Source: a virus. Taken from it: a stretch of 64,000 nt of DNA. This document shows positions 20,235 through 31,200 of the stretch, piece by piece. A program made the translations under genes and the position numbers. Below the pieces are notes generated by a model that searched no databases, was not told where the DNA came from, and saw only the letters and a program-made list of their open reading frames with translations. Location of the stretch: positions 32,001-96,000 of IMG/VR virus record IMGVR_UViG_3300008259_000011. One strand, written 5' to 3'. How positions within the stretch are numbered: the first letter of the stretch is position 1; each line of letters starts with the position of its first letter.

Positions 20235-20262
20235 ACTGTATCAGATACCAAGTCCAAATCAA
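20235..20262 (-). promoter_or_regulatory. Sigma70-type promoter, likely leaderless primase mRNA
   Basis: TTGATT-16-(TGA)TACAGT, then 6 nt to ATG. Confidence 0.55.
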
Positions 20263-20268
20263 CTTATT

Positions 20269-20772
20269 TTAAGGTTTAAATAAAGCGCATACCACGGCAT
20301 CGTACATGTCACCGTTACGTTCGTCCCAACTTCCCTTTTTCTTTTTCTTGTCATATTTGTCAACTTCTAAGAAATTGACGATGTTGGCTTTAACGAACTC
20401 CTTGGATTTCATGCCTTTGATTCTGGCTTTACCAAAAAGTTGTTTACGCATGGTGTTAACATTACATAGGTTAATTTTAACACCCATTTCTTCGGAAAGA
20501 ATATACTCAAAAACCGCATTGAATCTTGCCAATTTGATGATGGTTTGTTGAGTTGTACGACCACCCATAAATCCACTCAACGCGGCTTCCATATTAACAG
20601 ATGTGATAACATCGTAATATTTGGTTGATTCCAGAAACTTTAAAACAAAAAAAGACTTCTCTTTGGAAGTCTCTAAATGTGATATATCTAAAAAGCCAGC
20701 GTCAATTATTTTACCGTTTTCTGAAACTGCCCATCCAACGGTAGACGTACTAGCGTCTAATCCTAATGTCAT
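20269..20772 (-). CDS. RuvC-like Holliday junction resolvase
   Basis: LGLDASTSTVGW, central E, DMYDAV C-terminal acidic motif. Confidence 0.8.
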   Translation of the reverse strand: MTLGLDASTSTVGWAVSENGKIIDAGFLDISHLETSKEKSFFVLKFLESTKYYDVITSVNMEAALSGFMGGRTTQQTIIKLARFNAVFEYILSEEMGVKINLCNVNTMRKQLFGKARIKGMKSKEFVKANIVNFLEVDKYDKKKKKGSWDERNGDMYDAVVCALFKP

Positions 20773-20790
20773 AACTTATTTTTTGTTTGA

Positions 20791-21087
20791 TTATGGCTTG
20801 TACTTTGTAGTATCTTTTACTCTGTAAAATCCCTCGCCTGGATTTTTTGCATCACCCAAAACTTTGTCTTTGAAGTTCTCTTTTTTGTTGGTAGCCATAC
20901 CAATTGTAAATCCCGGTTCAATGGTCAAATCTATAGAAAGTTTTGAATATCCAAAATCTCCCTGAAGACCGAGAATAGCAGTGTTTGTACCAGCTTTCTT
21001 GGCATCAAATGCTCCACCAGTTTTGTCAGAAGCGTATCTTTGTTCAAGACTCTTTGTTAAAGAGGTTCTTTTGATTTGTTCGGCCAT
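20791..21087 (-). CDS. Hypothetical protein
   Basis: 98 aa ORF after TATTTATA (21108-21115). Confidence 0.65.
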   Translation of the reverse strand: MAEQIKRTSLTKSLEQRYASDKTGGAFDAKKAGTNTAILGLQGDFGYSKLSIDLTIEPGFTIGMATNKKENFKDKVLGDAKNPGEGFYRVKDTTKYKP

Positions 21088-21118
21088 AAATTTAGTCTAT
21101 TGTTTATTATAAATATGA

Positions 21119-23458
21119 TTATACGTCCCATTTAACCAAAAAATTTAGTGGATATTCACCAGTGTTTTTGATTGGAGACGACAATTTGGCTACTGCGACA
21201 AGATCAGACCCACTATATAGACCAATTGTTGTAATGTAGGGTGCCAAGTAAGATCCTGTAATATCCAATGAGGAACTTTCTTGATATGACAAGAAATCAG
21301 ACTTAATACTAGGTATTCCATTTGTGTTAACATATTTTGATGTCTTTGATGTTATATATGAAACTACATCCGAAAGAGTTGTTCTTGTTGAAAATGGATT
21401 AATTAAATTATTGTATGCATCAAGACTCAATGATCCTATAAAGAACTTCCATAGAATCTTAGCGTCTTCGATACTCACTTTTCCATCACCGTCAAAATCA
21501 AACTGTGATTCAAGACTAAACAATCGTGGTCTTAAAGAAGCATATTGTTGTTTCAAAGTATACTGTCCGTATTCATAATACGTTTTATAATATTCAAACA
21601 AACTACGTTCTGCACTATTTTCAATAACGTATTCATCCCAGAAAGTATCATCCTGTTCAAAATTAGGATTGCCCGGAGTGTTGATATCGACAATATACAA
21701 CAAAATCAAATTGATGTCTCTAAAGTCAACATCACCGTTACCCAACAAATCAAATGTAGGTTTAATAACATCTAATGCGGTAGGATTGGTACTAATATTA
21801 AACTCACCAGAATCAACAACACAAATAACCGACTTTTCATTGATTGTGTATTTACTACTATAGTTGATATCATACTTGTATTCGTTTGTATCAGTAGTTT
21901 TCAATACATTCGTAAATTGTGAACCGGTGTTTGAAAATACGATTTCACCGTTCTTGTAAAAGATGTTACCAGCATGGTAATTTGTTCTTAATGAACTTAA
22001 TGTAGAAATATAAGCATGTCCACGCATGTTTTGTAGCGTTGACTGTGCAACCGATGGACTTACAACAAACGAATTGCTTGATGTAAAATCAGACATAATA
22101 AACGGAGAACCAACAACAATTGCAGTATCACTGATTGCTACATCATATCCATATGACATGTAAGGATATCCAATCGCCTTCTTTTTATAATCATATGTTA
22201 CCGGTACAACATTCGAACCGGTTCTTTCAAACAATATAAATTGTCCGTTAATGACTTGAGTGTCATCGTAAGATTGACTAATTGAACTAGATACGGTTGA
22301 TTTTACAGCTAATGGATTACTTGACGATACACATCCAACAATAATCTTGTTATTAAACGTATCAACCGATAATCCCAATTTATTTTGTTTGAGAGTATTT
22401 TTATCACCAATATACTTCTCAACCAAATCCCAATAAACTTGTCCACTGTCAGCATAAATACCATTAGCTTCGGCAGTATTTAATGCACACTCGGTTTTCT
22501 TATAAATGTATACGGCACCTCTGTCATATTGTGTTGTGGATCCACTAAACTCATAATAACTTGCATCATACGGCGCACCAATTACAATTGTATCACCGTT
22601 AATTTGCATGTCAGTACCAAAACCATCCGCCGACTTCTTAACATACTGATACGAGTTTACATCGTCAAACGGTACCTTTTGTGACCCCGTAATTGATGAA
22701 AATGTATGTGTCAATGACCATCCACCAGATTGACTTTCAAATAAATAAACCTTAGGATTTTGTATTGTTGGATCTTCTGATATCAAAATTGAATTGGTTC
22801 CAGATTTATCAATTTTAACTAACGATCCAAAAGAATTACCAGCGGTGACCGCATCAATGTAAGTCGTTGGAGATCCGGGTATCGATATACTATTTGATCC
22901 TGTAGTATAACTGTAAACATATACTCGGTCATATGCATTTGCACTCACCGTGATATATTTAGAATTAATCGCAACTGAATGACCAAAACTATTGTAAGAC
23001 GTATTAATAGGTGATGGTATCTTTGATACACTTAACAATGACGCTGCCAAAGTGCTGGCATTAGATGAAGATTGATTTAACAAATATACATCGGCCAAAC
23101 TAGTATGAGAATATGGCGAACCACCATATGACCCAGTAAAATTTTCATTACCAATTATAAAAATGTTATTACAAACATCAAACGCCAATCCATATGTATC
23201 TTTTGTAATTACACCAAATCCGCCGGTTCCACTGCTACCTCCAGTTCCACCTGTACCAGATGTACCATATGCTTTCATGGACTGTGCAGTTCCATAGTAA
23301 GTATACACACCCTGTGTCGAATTAAATCGGTATAAATCGATACTACCTGTTCCTGCCTGTGACGCATATTGTGGATTTGGATTTCCAATTGCAGCAAACT
23401 TACCGTGTGCTTCAACTTTATATCCAAACATTGTTACTGGTCCAATAGTTCCATTCAT
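21119..23458 (-). CDS. Virion protein: FG-GAP-like beta-propeller, dockerin/EF-hand-like motifs and baseplate-type C-terminal module
   Basis: FGHSVAI / IVIGAP..D..GAVYIY repeats; DFDGDGKVSIED; C-terminal YITTIGLY..LVAVAKLSSP..VKWD. Confidence 0.7.
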   Translation of the reverse strand: MNGTIGPVTMFGYKVEAHGKFAAIGNPNPQYASQAGTGSIDLYRFNSTQGVYTYYGTAQSMKAYGTSGTGGTGGSSGTGGFGVITKDTYGLAFDVCNNIFIIGNENFTGSYGGSPYSHTSLADVYLLNQSSSNASTLAASLLSVSKIPSPINTSYNSFGHSVAINSKYITVSANAYDRVYVYSYTTGSNSISIPGSPTTYIDAVTAGNSFGSLVKIDKSGTNSILISEDPTIQNPKVYLFESQSGGWSLTHTFSSITGSQKVPFDDVNSYQYVKKSADGFGTDMQINGDTIVIGAPYDASYYEFSGSTTQYDRGAVYIYKKTECALNTAEANGIYADSGQVYWDLVEKYIGDKNTLKQNKLGLSVDTFNNKIIVGCVSSSNPLAVKSTVSSSISQSYDDTQVINGQFILFERTGSNVVPVTYDYKKKAIGYPYMSYGYDVAISDTAIVVGSPFIMSDFTSSNSFVVSPSVAQSTLQNMRGHAYISTLSSLRTNYHAGNIFYKNGEIVFSNTGSQFTNVLKTTDTNEYKYDINYSSKYTINEKSVICVVDSGEFNISTNPTALDVIKPTFDLLGNGDVDFRDINLILLYIVDINTPGNPNFEQDDTFWDEYVIENSAERSLFEYYKTYYEYGQYTLKQQYASLRPRLFSLESQFDFDGDGKVSIEDAKILWKFFIGSLSLDAYNNLINPFSTRTTLSDVVSYITSKTSKYVNTNGIPSIKSDFLSYQESSSLDITGSYLAPYITTIGLYSGSDLVAVAKLSSPIKNTGEYPLNFLVKWDV

Positions 23459-23462
23459 AATA

Positions 23463-26258
23463 TCAATTTGTTGTCACATTCCAACCTTTAGCAATTAGGT
23501 TAGTTTTTGCAGTAATACCCGCACCTGTAGGTGTAGCATTTGTTCCACCATCTAGTTTGATTATATAATTATTTGTTACCAATTGTGTATTGGATACTCC
23601 ATTTGCATCCAATTTAATAAGTATGTCATTAATTGCGGCAGCAGTTAAACCACAACCGTCGGCATACATCATTGTAGTATTTGACAATGTAGCAGGAAGA
23701 TTCAAAGTTGTTACACTCGGTGAACTACGAATATAAATCCACTCAAGTTTTGTACACGTACTCAAATTCACCGAAGGTAAAGATGTATTACCAGCGCTGA
23801 CTTTTTTCAAATTGAGGAATGGTGTACAATCAAAAGGAACAGTAACATTACAGTTATACATATCGACCCATTCCAAATCGGTCAATCCACTAAACCCTGT
23901 TGGTAACGCCAATCCTGTGTTTGCGTAAAGTAACAACGTTTTCAACTTGATATTGTTTGTCAAATTCAATGTAGTCAATGAATTTCCGTTTGCAGCCAAT
24001 ATAGTTAGTCCTGTATTATTTGTTACATCCAATGTGGACAAATTATCATCTTGACAATACAATTCTCTCAAAACTGTATTGTTGGTTACGTCGAGCGTAG
24101 ATAGGTTGGAATTTCCACTTATTTGTAAAATAACCAGAGCAGTTAATGCACTAATATCAAAAGTTGCACCAACCAAATTACAGTTCCAAACTTGTAATAC
24201 ATTCATAGCAGTACAAGTATTCAATCCGGTAATTACAGTTAGATTAGAATTCAAGTACGTATACAATGTTGTCAATCCAGTATTACCAGTAACATTTAAT
24301 GATGCAATATTGTTATCAGCGACGGTCAACAATAACAACGGTGTACGTGAACTCAAATTTAATGTTCCGGACAAATTATTGTTTCTGAAACTTATAATTT
24401 CCAAATTTGGAAGATCAGATATTGTGATTGAACTCAACGATGGATTATCCTCCAAAAGTAAATTCTTTAAGTTAGTAACTCCAATACCACTAATAGATGT
24501 CAATGATTGATTTGAAATCAGTAAACTTTCCAACGCCGTATAGTAATTGGTGTTTGATATCGTGGTGATTGGATTCGTAGTAGAATTAATTTGTATTGCT
24601 TTGATATTTGACACATCTATCAAAGTCTTGAAATCCGCAAGAGTTACATTTGGATTTGAAAATAAAATTGTACCACCATCTGTACCCCAATTCATTAATT
24701 GTGTTGAAGGAGAATAATCCAATCTATCCGCTGGATCAGATGCAATAATAGTCTTGGTTTCAGTATCAGATCCCGCAGTGTTTGTAGCAGTCAATGTAAC
24801 ATCATATGTTCCCTTGACCGTAAATGAGTATGGATTAGGCGACGGATTTGTTGTTGTTTGCGCACCGGTGCCATCATCCAAATCCCACGAATATGTTAAC
24901 GTACCAATTCCCGTGCTAGTGTTGGTAAACGTTACACCCAATGGGATGTCACCTGAAGATTTATCGATTGTGAAATTAGCAACAGGAATCGTTACGGCTG
25001 CAATTGTTACATATCCGGTCTTTGTATGTGTTGCACTACCACCGGCATTTGTAGCAGTTAAAGAAACAGTATATGTTCCAGGCGAACTATATGTTTTGGT
25101 TGGATTTTGTGATGTGCTTGTGGTACTATCACCAAAATCCCATGCCCATGAAGTGACTGGATATGATGGATTACTTACTGTAGTACCATCAATAAACGAC
25201 AACGAAGTTATTGTAGCATATCCAGTATTTGGTGTGGCAATAAAGTTTGGAGATGGTAACGGTATGGCAACAACTTCAATACAGTTAACTTTTGTTGTTG
25301 TACGTATTCCACCGCCACCGGTACCTGTGAGTGATACGGTATATATACCAGATGTACTGTATGTTTTGGTTGGATTTGCAGACGTACTTGTTGTTCCATC
25401 ACCAAAGTCCCACAGATACGAATCGACATTTGTTGTAATGCTTGTGAAGGTTACAGTCAATGGAGTGTATCCATCAGGAGGAGTAAACGAAAAGTCAACT
25501 GTAGGTACTGGAATAACAGCATTAGCAACCACATAATTTGTACGAGTTCTTGTTGTTGTGCCACCAAACCCAGTTACAGTTAAAGAAATCGTATATGTTC
25601 CCGGTTCTGTATAAACATGAGTAAATGTTGTAGATGATGTAGATGTATTACCGTCACCCAAATTCCACAAATACTCTGTGGCATTACCTTGTACGGCAGG
25701 AGTGAATACAACTGACAGTGGAGAAAATCCAGACAATGGTGAACCAGTAAAATTCACAGTTGGTGGGGAATATACATTTGAAGTCAAATCAACATAATTG
25801 ATGAAATGAGTACCATCCACATACAAGTTGCCATATGTGTCATCAAAGAAAGTATAAACTTTATCCTTAGAATAATCCGTAATAACAACAGAATCTCTCA
25901 AAATAGAGTCACCAAAATAAACTCTTGGTAAAGTTATTCTGATGCAAGTGTTCTGTAATATTTTGAATACCTTATCGGTATCAGTTGTTTCCAATCCAAA
26001 GTTCTGAGCAATGTTTGGATTGTAATAAGAATTTTTAACTAATTGATAAACAAGTCTCTTATAAGATCCGTTGGAGTTTTGTTCAGCTGCAGTAAAACCA
26101 TACAACGCCGCCGAAGCGGAGTCATAAAAGTTATAACTACTACTTACAAAATAACCTTCTTCCACCGTTTGTATCGAACCACTGGAATTTAATGACCATG
26201 ACTTGTTCGAAGTAAACGGTGTGCTAAAAATTTCATTCGTCTGAATGTTCTTGATCAT
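23463..26258 (-). CDS. Virion protein with four PKD domains and a leucine-rich-repeat region (adhesin-like)
   Basis: W[ND][FL]GDG..ST...Y..PG.Y.VSLT repeats; LxxLxLxxN repeats; TACTTATA upstream. Confidence 0.85.
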   Translation of the reverse strand: MIKNIQTNEIFSTPFTSNKSWSLNSSGSIQTVEEGYFVSSSYNFYDSASAALYGFTAAEQNSNGSYKRLVYQLVKNSYYNPNIAQNFGLETTDTDKVFKILQNTCIRITLPRVYFGDSILRDSVVITDYSKDKVYTFFDDTYGNLYVDGTHFINYVDLTSNVYSPPTVNFTGSPLSGFSPLSVVFTPAVQGNATEYLWNLGDGNTSTSSTTFTHVYTEPGTYTISLTVTGFGGTTTRTRTNYVVANAVIPVPTVDFSFTPPDGYTPLTVTFTSITTNVDSYLWDFGDGTTSTSANPTKTYSTSGIYTVSLTGTGGGGIRTTTKVNCIEVVAIPLPSPNFIATPNTGYATITSLSFIDGTTVSNPSYPVTSWAWDFGDSTTSTSQNPTKTYSSPGTYTVSLTATNAGGSATHTKTGYVTIAAVTIPVANFTIDKSSGDIPLGVTFTNTSTGIGTLTYSWDLDDGTGAQTTTNPSPNPYSFTVKGTYDVTLTATNTAGSDTETKTIIASDPADRLDYSPSTQLMNWGTDGGTILFSNPNVTLADFKTLIDVSNIKAIQINSTTNPITTISNTNYYTALESLLISNQSLTSISGIGVTNLKNLLLEDNPSLSSITISDLPNLEIISFRNNNLSGTLNLSSRTPLLLLTVADNNIASLNVTGNTGLTTLYTYLNSNLTVITGLNTCTAMNVLQVWNCNLVGATFDISALTALVILQISGNSNLSTLDVTNNTVLRELYCQDDNLSTLDVTNNTGLTILAANGNSLTTLNLTNNIKLKTLLLYANTGLALPTGFSGLTDLEWVDMYNCNVTVPFDCTPFLNLKKVSAGNTSLPSVNLSTCTKLEWIYIRSSPSVTTLNLPATLSNTTMMYADGCGLTAAAINDILIKLDANGVSNTQLVTNNYIIKLDGGTNATPTGAGITAKTNLIAKGWNVTTN

Positions 26259-26324
26259 CTTCCATTATAAGTATAATCCAACAATGGATTTGATCACAAT
26301 CCGATTGGATTTTAAACTAAACGA

Positions 26325-27581
26325 TTAAAAATCAAGTCTGACTTTAATCAAAAGTTCATTGGAAAATGTCTTTTGAGCAGGTCTACTTAATTTAGCAATC
26401 GCTACCAATTCGTTATTGTTGTTATACAATCCAACGGAAGTTGGATAAACCTTAGGATCAGTTAAAAACTCTGTCTGTATAATATCACCACGTTGACGAA
26501 TTTCACCGGTCACTTGATCGTCTTGTGCACGTTGATATGAGAACGTAGGATTGTTTGTATAATTGAAATCACGGTTCTTCACACGTACAAAGTAATGACG
26601 TGATGGAACGTATTCACTACGTCTTACACGCATGTTGTCGCCTGAAGATTTAATTGCGTTATATACGGCTTCTTTATACAATGCATTTGAAGTAGCAGGT
26701 ACTACATTTCCAACAGGAGCAGTTGTTCTTGTTGCAGAATTAGGAATTGTAATTAAAGCATTTGAACTAGCAAGACCACCGCCCCCAGTGTTGGTCAAAA
26801 CATCATTCAAAAAGTCACAATTCAAAATCACAATACCAGACTTTGGAAATACAAGGCCAATTCCCGTAGTTGGATGATATTGTGCATCCGATTTAGATCC
26901 AGTATAGTTGTTACTGGATGAAAGGAATCCGTTTGATGTTGCCATTGTACCGGTATAAGGACAATATGATGCTTCACCAGTAGTCTCACTATATTGACCC
27001 AAAATCAAATTATAATATGCAGCAGATCCACTTTGTGTGGTGATACTGGAATCATCAATTAAACGAACAAATTGATTACTTACATCATTTTTCAAAGTTA
27101 TTTGAAATTGACCCGGATCAATACCATCTCTGATCTTCTGAGAATTGTAAGATAGTACAATAAAGTCACTGCTCAAACTCACACTTGTTACACTAGATGC
27201 GGGAGTACTTTGTGATTTAACAGAAAAGTCTTCACCGTTATTGATAGCATTTACGTATTGTGTATAAATAGCCTTTGTTGGTGAAACTTTGATGTTGGTA
27301 TATTCGTCGTAACTGGTTCCATACCCGTTCTTATTTCCATATGCAACACTTAGAATAAGATCGTTGGAACTAGATGTGGCTGCCAAACTTGGATATACGT
27401 CCAAATAATAGTAACCGTTATATACATCATATCTGTTAGAACCAGAAATGGTAGCTTGCAAACTGCCTGATGCAACCGCACTTTGAGTTTGATAGACAGA
27501 TCCGTTACTGAAAATACCCGTGGATACTTTTGTAGATCTTCCTACTACAATATCAGACTGTTCAAATTGTTTATAGATCAT
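26325..27581 (-). CDS. Baseplate/tail structural protein
   Basis: C-terminal VGLYNNNNELVAIAKLSRP..KVRLDF, paralogous to the 21119 C-terminus. Confidence 0.7.
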   Translation of the reverse strand: MIYKQFEQSDIVVGRSTKVSTGIFSNGSVYQTQSAVASGSLQATISGSNRYDVYNGYYYLDVYPSLAATSSSNDLILSVAYGNKNGYGTSYDEYTNIKVSPTKAIYTQYVNAINNGEDFSVKSQSTPASSVTSVSLSSDFIVLSYNSQKIRDGIDPGQFQITLKNDVSNQFVRLIDDSSITTQSGSAAYYNLILGQYSETTGEASYCPYTGTMATSNGFLSSSNNYTGSKSDAQYHPTTGIGLVFPKSGIVILNCDFLNDVLTNTGGGGLASSNALITIPNSATRTTAPVGNVVPATSNALYKEAVYNAIKSSGDNMRVRRSEYVPSRHYFVRVKNRDFNYTNNPTFSYQRAQDDQVTGEIRQRGDIIQTEFLTDPKVYPTSVGLYNNNNELVAIAKLSRPAQKTFSNELLIKVRLDF

Positions 27582-27584
27582 ATG

Positions 27585-28217
27585 TTAGGAAATTCTTACA
27601 GTGACAGGAATAACAACGGTACCGCCGCTTTCATTACCAACCACAGTAATTGTTGCGGAGGTTGTTACTGTCAATGATGTATTTGGCACAAACTTAAAAC
27701 GGTTACCGACAACTACCTGTGAACTTGTACTAATCAAATCATTAGCAAAAGATGGAACTGTACTAGTAGTTGTATTTGCAGCATTGGTTTGATCAACAAT
27801 CAAAGTACCAATCTTCTTATTGGACAAAATGGCAGTGTATCCAAGTGTAAGATTATATGCTGGGTTGGTTGTTGGAGAAATAATATTGTCAGACTTGTTA
27901 TCCTTTTGAACGTCGATGGATTGAATATTCAAACTGATTACTGGTATAGATGTCACGCCTTGAGCAAGAGTGACCAACTTATACTTCATTGATTGAGTTT
28001 CGTCAGACAAAGGTTGAAACACTGGCGTATTTCTGATAGCAATATCATAATATGCACTACCCTGTGGATGGTTTGGATTATATAGACTGTAATCAACTTC
28101 ATCATCTGCCAATGCAAATGATGTAATATTTAGATTGCCAGTCTGAGCCAAAAGCTCTCTACCCCTCTTTGTAAGGACCGCATCTACAGTGATTGATTTG
28201 TTATCGACGTATGCCAT
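27585..28217 (-). CDS. Baseplate/tail structural protein
   Basis: VDAVLTKRGRELLA..ITSFALADDEVDYSLY motif; structural operon. Confidence 0.7.
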   Translation of the reverse strand: MAYVDNKSITVDAVLTKRGRELLAQTGNLNITSFALADDEVDYSLYNPNHPQGSAYYDIAIRNTPVFQPLSDETQSMKYKLVTLAQGVTSIPVISLNIQSIDVQKDNKSDNIISPTTNPAYNLTLGYTAILSNKKIGTLIVDQTNAANTTTSTVPSFANDLISTSSQVVVGNRFKFVPNTSLTVTTSATITVVGNESGGTVVIPVTVRIS

Positions 28218-28267
28218 ATGTGTTTGTCTATAAGTATTGTTTTAACTGTCTTTTTGTTTATTATTTT

Positions 28268-31200
28268 TTATTGAACTGTCAAAACTCCGTTGTTTCCAGT
28301 AGATACAGATGTATTGGTTACAACTGTACTGGTTACTGGAAGACTTTTATCTGGATTACCACATTCATCTACTGTGTAATTAACAGTTTGTTTTGATTTT
28401 ACAAAATATCCATATTTGACACTATCATCGGAAATTACCTTAAATAAATCCCAACGGATAGGATTGTGTCTAGTTCCAAGGAAATTCTGAGTGGATCCTC
28501 TAAATGGAGTTGCTAACTCATATGGATACAAATCATATGCTTTCTTTGGAGTTACAATCAATTTGTTGAGAACTTTAGTATAATATTGAATTGACCCATT
28601 GTAATCATACTCAGCCACAGATGAACTATATGGCAACATCCAAGTAAAATGAGGTACCGATTCCGATACTTCAGTTCCCCTAGAACTGCTTAAAATATCA
28701 AAGTACATAATACCAAACGATGTACCCGTATAAAGATCACTACTAACCCATAATTCTTCATCAGAGGTAACGTCGTTAATATAAGAATATCCCGCTTGGA
28801 AATTCTGGAAATTGTTGTTTATCAACAATGATTGAGAAATAGGAACTGTAGAAATCGGTTTCTTATCAATGTACTGTTGATACAAACTAGAATTCTCAGT
28901 TTGATACTGATCATTTCTCCAAACGGTTATGTTTGCAGCCGAACAAGACTGTATTAAATTGGAGTACTGAACCGAATCTTCTATAATTTCAGAACGGATC
29001 GGTTTTGTAGGAAACTTAATACGTTCCAGAATAGTTGGCTCAATCAAAATACCGTTCAACAAAATATTACGAGCAGCAATAACGTTTCGAATGGATTCAA
29101 ATATACTTGAATCAAAATACAATTTGTAAATACTTGTAAATTCTTGATACAAAATTCTACCACTTGCTGTAGGTGAACCGTCTGCGTAATACGAAGCACG
29201 CATGTCTTCAAGAATATCATAACTTGATGAAAATTCTTGACGTGGATCTCCCAATTCACTCAATACATTTTTATCACCAAAATATCTTAAAATCTCTTCG
29301 TTTTTACTTGAAACGGGTGACATGAAAATACCAACCAAAGGAGAATCAGTATCACTGTCAAATGGAGTACTCTTATCAAAAGGCGTTAACGCTGATACGG
29401 GTTGATGATCTTTGATCGAAATCTTGTTGTTCCACAACAAGTTAGGACCATAGTTAGACAACCTGTAAGATTGATTAACATTGTATTGAATGAAGTTATA
29501 TGGGAACGCTGATGACGTTACTCCCAAACAAACGTTTGCGTATGGATACAACGAACTGGTTGAATAACTTCCAGAATACATTGATCGAATAACCAATGTA
29601 TCGTCATATAAATCAGGGTTATTCTCAATCGAACTATATGTTGTTTCTGCGCCAATTGATTTGGTTGGAAGATTATACAAATAGCAAATCAAAGTTCCTG
29701 ACTTTGATTGATATTGATAGGTTTCAACCGAAGTACTTAACTGTCTTGGATAATTGTATGCCAATCGTAAATACAAATTATTTCGGATATCATCGTAATC
29801 CGACTCATAGTATGAATCAAAATTATTTGCGTGTTCCTTGAAATTATCATCGGTAATAGGAACTGTCCACAAATTAATTTTATCAATAGATCCACTAAAC
29901 TGCGTTGATCCAAATCTTAAAAACTTTGAAGACCCCTCACTAAATGCAACGTTTTGATCGTATTCAAATATATCAGATTTAGAAGAAATCAATCGAGCAT
30001 CTCCATTTTCATTGATTTCAACAAACAAATCATACTTTGTAGGTATATGATTGATATTTGATGACCCAGTATACAATGAAGAAATGTCATTTCTACGAAT
30101 CATCACACTATAAACATTACCATCAAAAATTGGCAACAAATCAGAAGACAGTTCAGCATCTCCAATTTCAAATACGATTCGACCATTATTACTTAGAGAT
30201 TCCTTGTACGCATAAACTCTATAATCATAATCAGATGATGAATCTGGGAACTTTCTCAACAAATCAATTTGATTCTGTTGTGCGTAAGTTTTGCTGTAAT
30301 TATTACTGAACGCAAACTTAAACTCGACAGTTTGTATCGAACTTGTATATGGTGTTAAAACATATGACTGAGGTGACAAGTTTAACAAATATTCGTGTCT
30401 ATCAAAAGTGTACAATGATTGTGAAATATCAGAGTAAGCACCAAACTCACGAACACTGATAATATCTTGAGGAACACCATAACAAGCCAACAACAACTTC
30501 ACACCTTCAATGGTGCCTTTTGCCTTCAATATTGCAGGAAGACTATTCAAGATACGATTATTGATGATATTTGTTTTATCCGCAATAGATGCGTAATTTG
30601 TTCCAGCAATATAATTGTTGTTCAAACTCACATCGTTTACCGAAGATTGCATTTTCCAACCAAATGATGATAACATTCCGTCCAAAATTTTGTTTGGAAT
30701 TACAGCATCGTTTCCAGTCACATTGTATGACAACATTGGAAACTTGTCGATGTAGATATAAATGTTATCAAAGTGATGACCGATCATTGACAAAAAGATC
30801 AAGAAATCATCGTTATTTGAATCCGACAACAAATATGTTGGTAGGTTATTTATTAAACTGTCACGGTTGTTTCTATCGTATTCATCCGCCTCATCTTCAT
30901 ATGACTGAGGGAATCTATCTACATTGTTGTATAAACTATTTGTAAACAAGTAGTACTCATATCCATCAAACGACAATTTGATATCGTTAATTTCTTTTGT
31001 TAACAATTCAATTTTATCGGTGATATATTGATCAGAATATGTAGACGCATTTAGTGAATCCAATGAAGATTGTTTTATCTTGATCGACTTGAGTTTGTTC
31101 TTGTAAATGACAATTCTTGTTTTTGCAGAAGAATAAATTACAAAGTTTTCAAAGTTAGTATAATCCACATCAATTGTAGAAAATCTTTGTTTTAAGATAA

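Noticed and set aside
21119-26258. Diversity-generating retroelement targeting adhesin genes
   Set aside because: No reverse transcriptase or adenine-variable TR/VR pair seen; the PKD repeats are ordinary domain duplications
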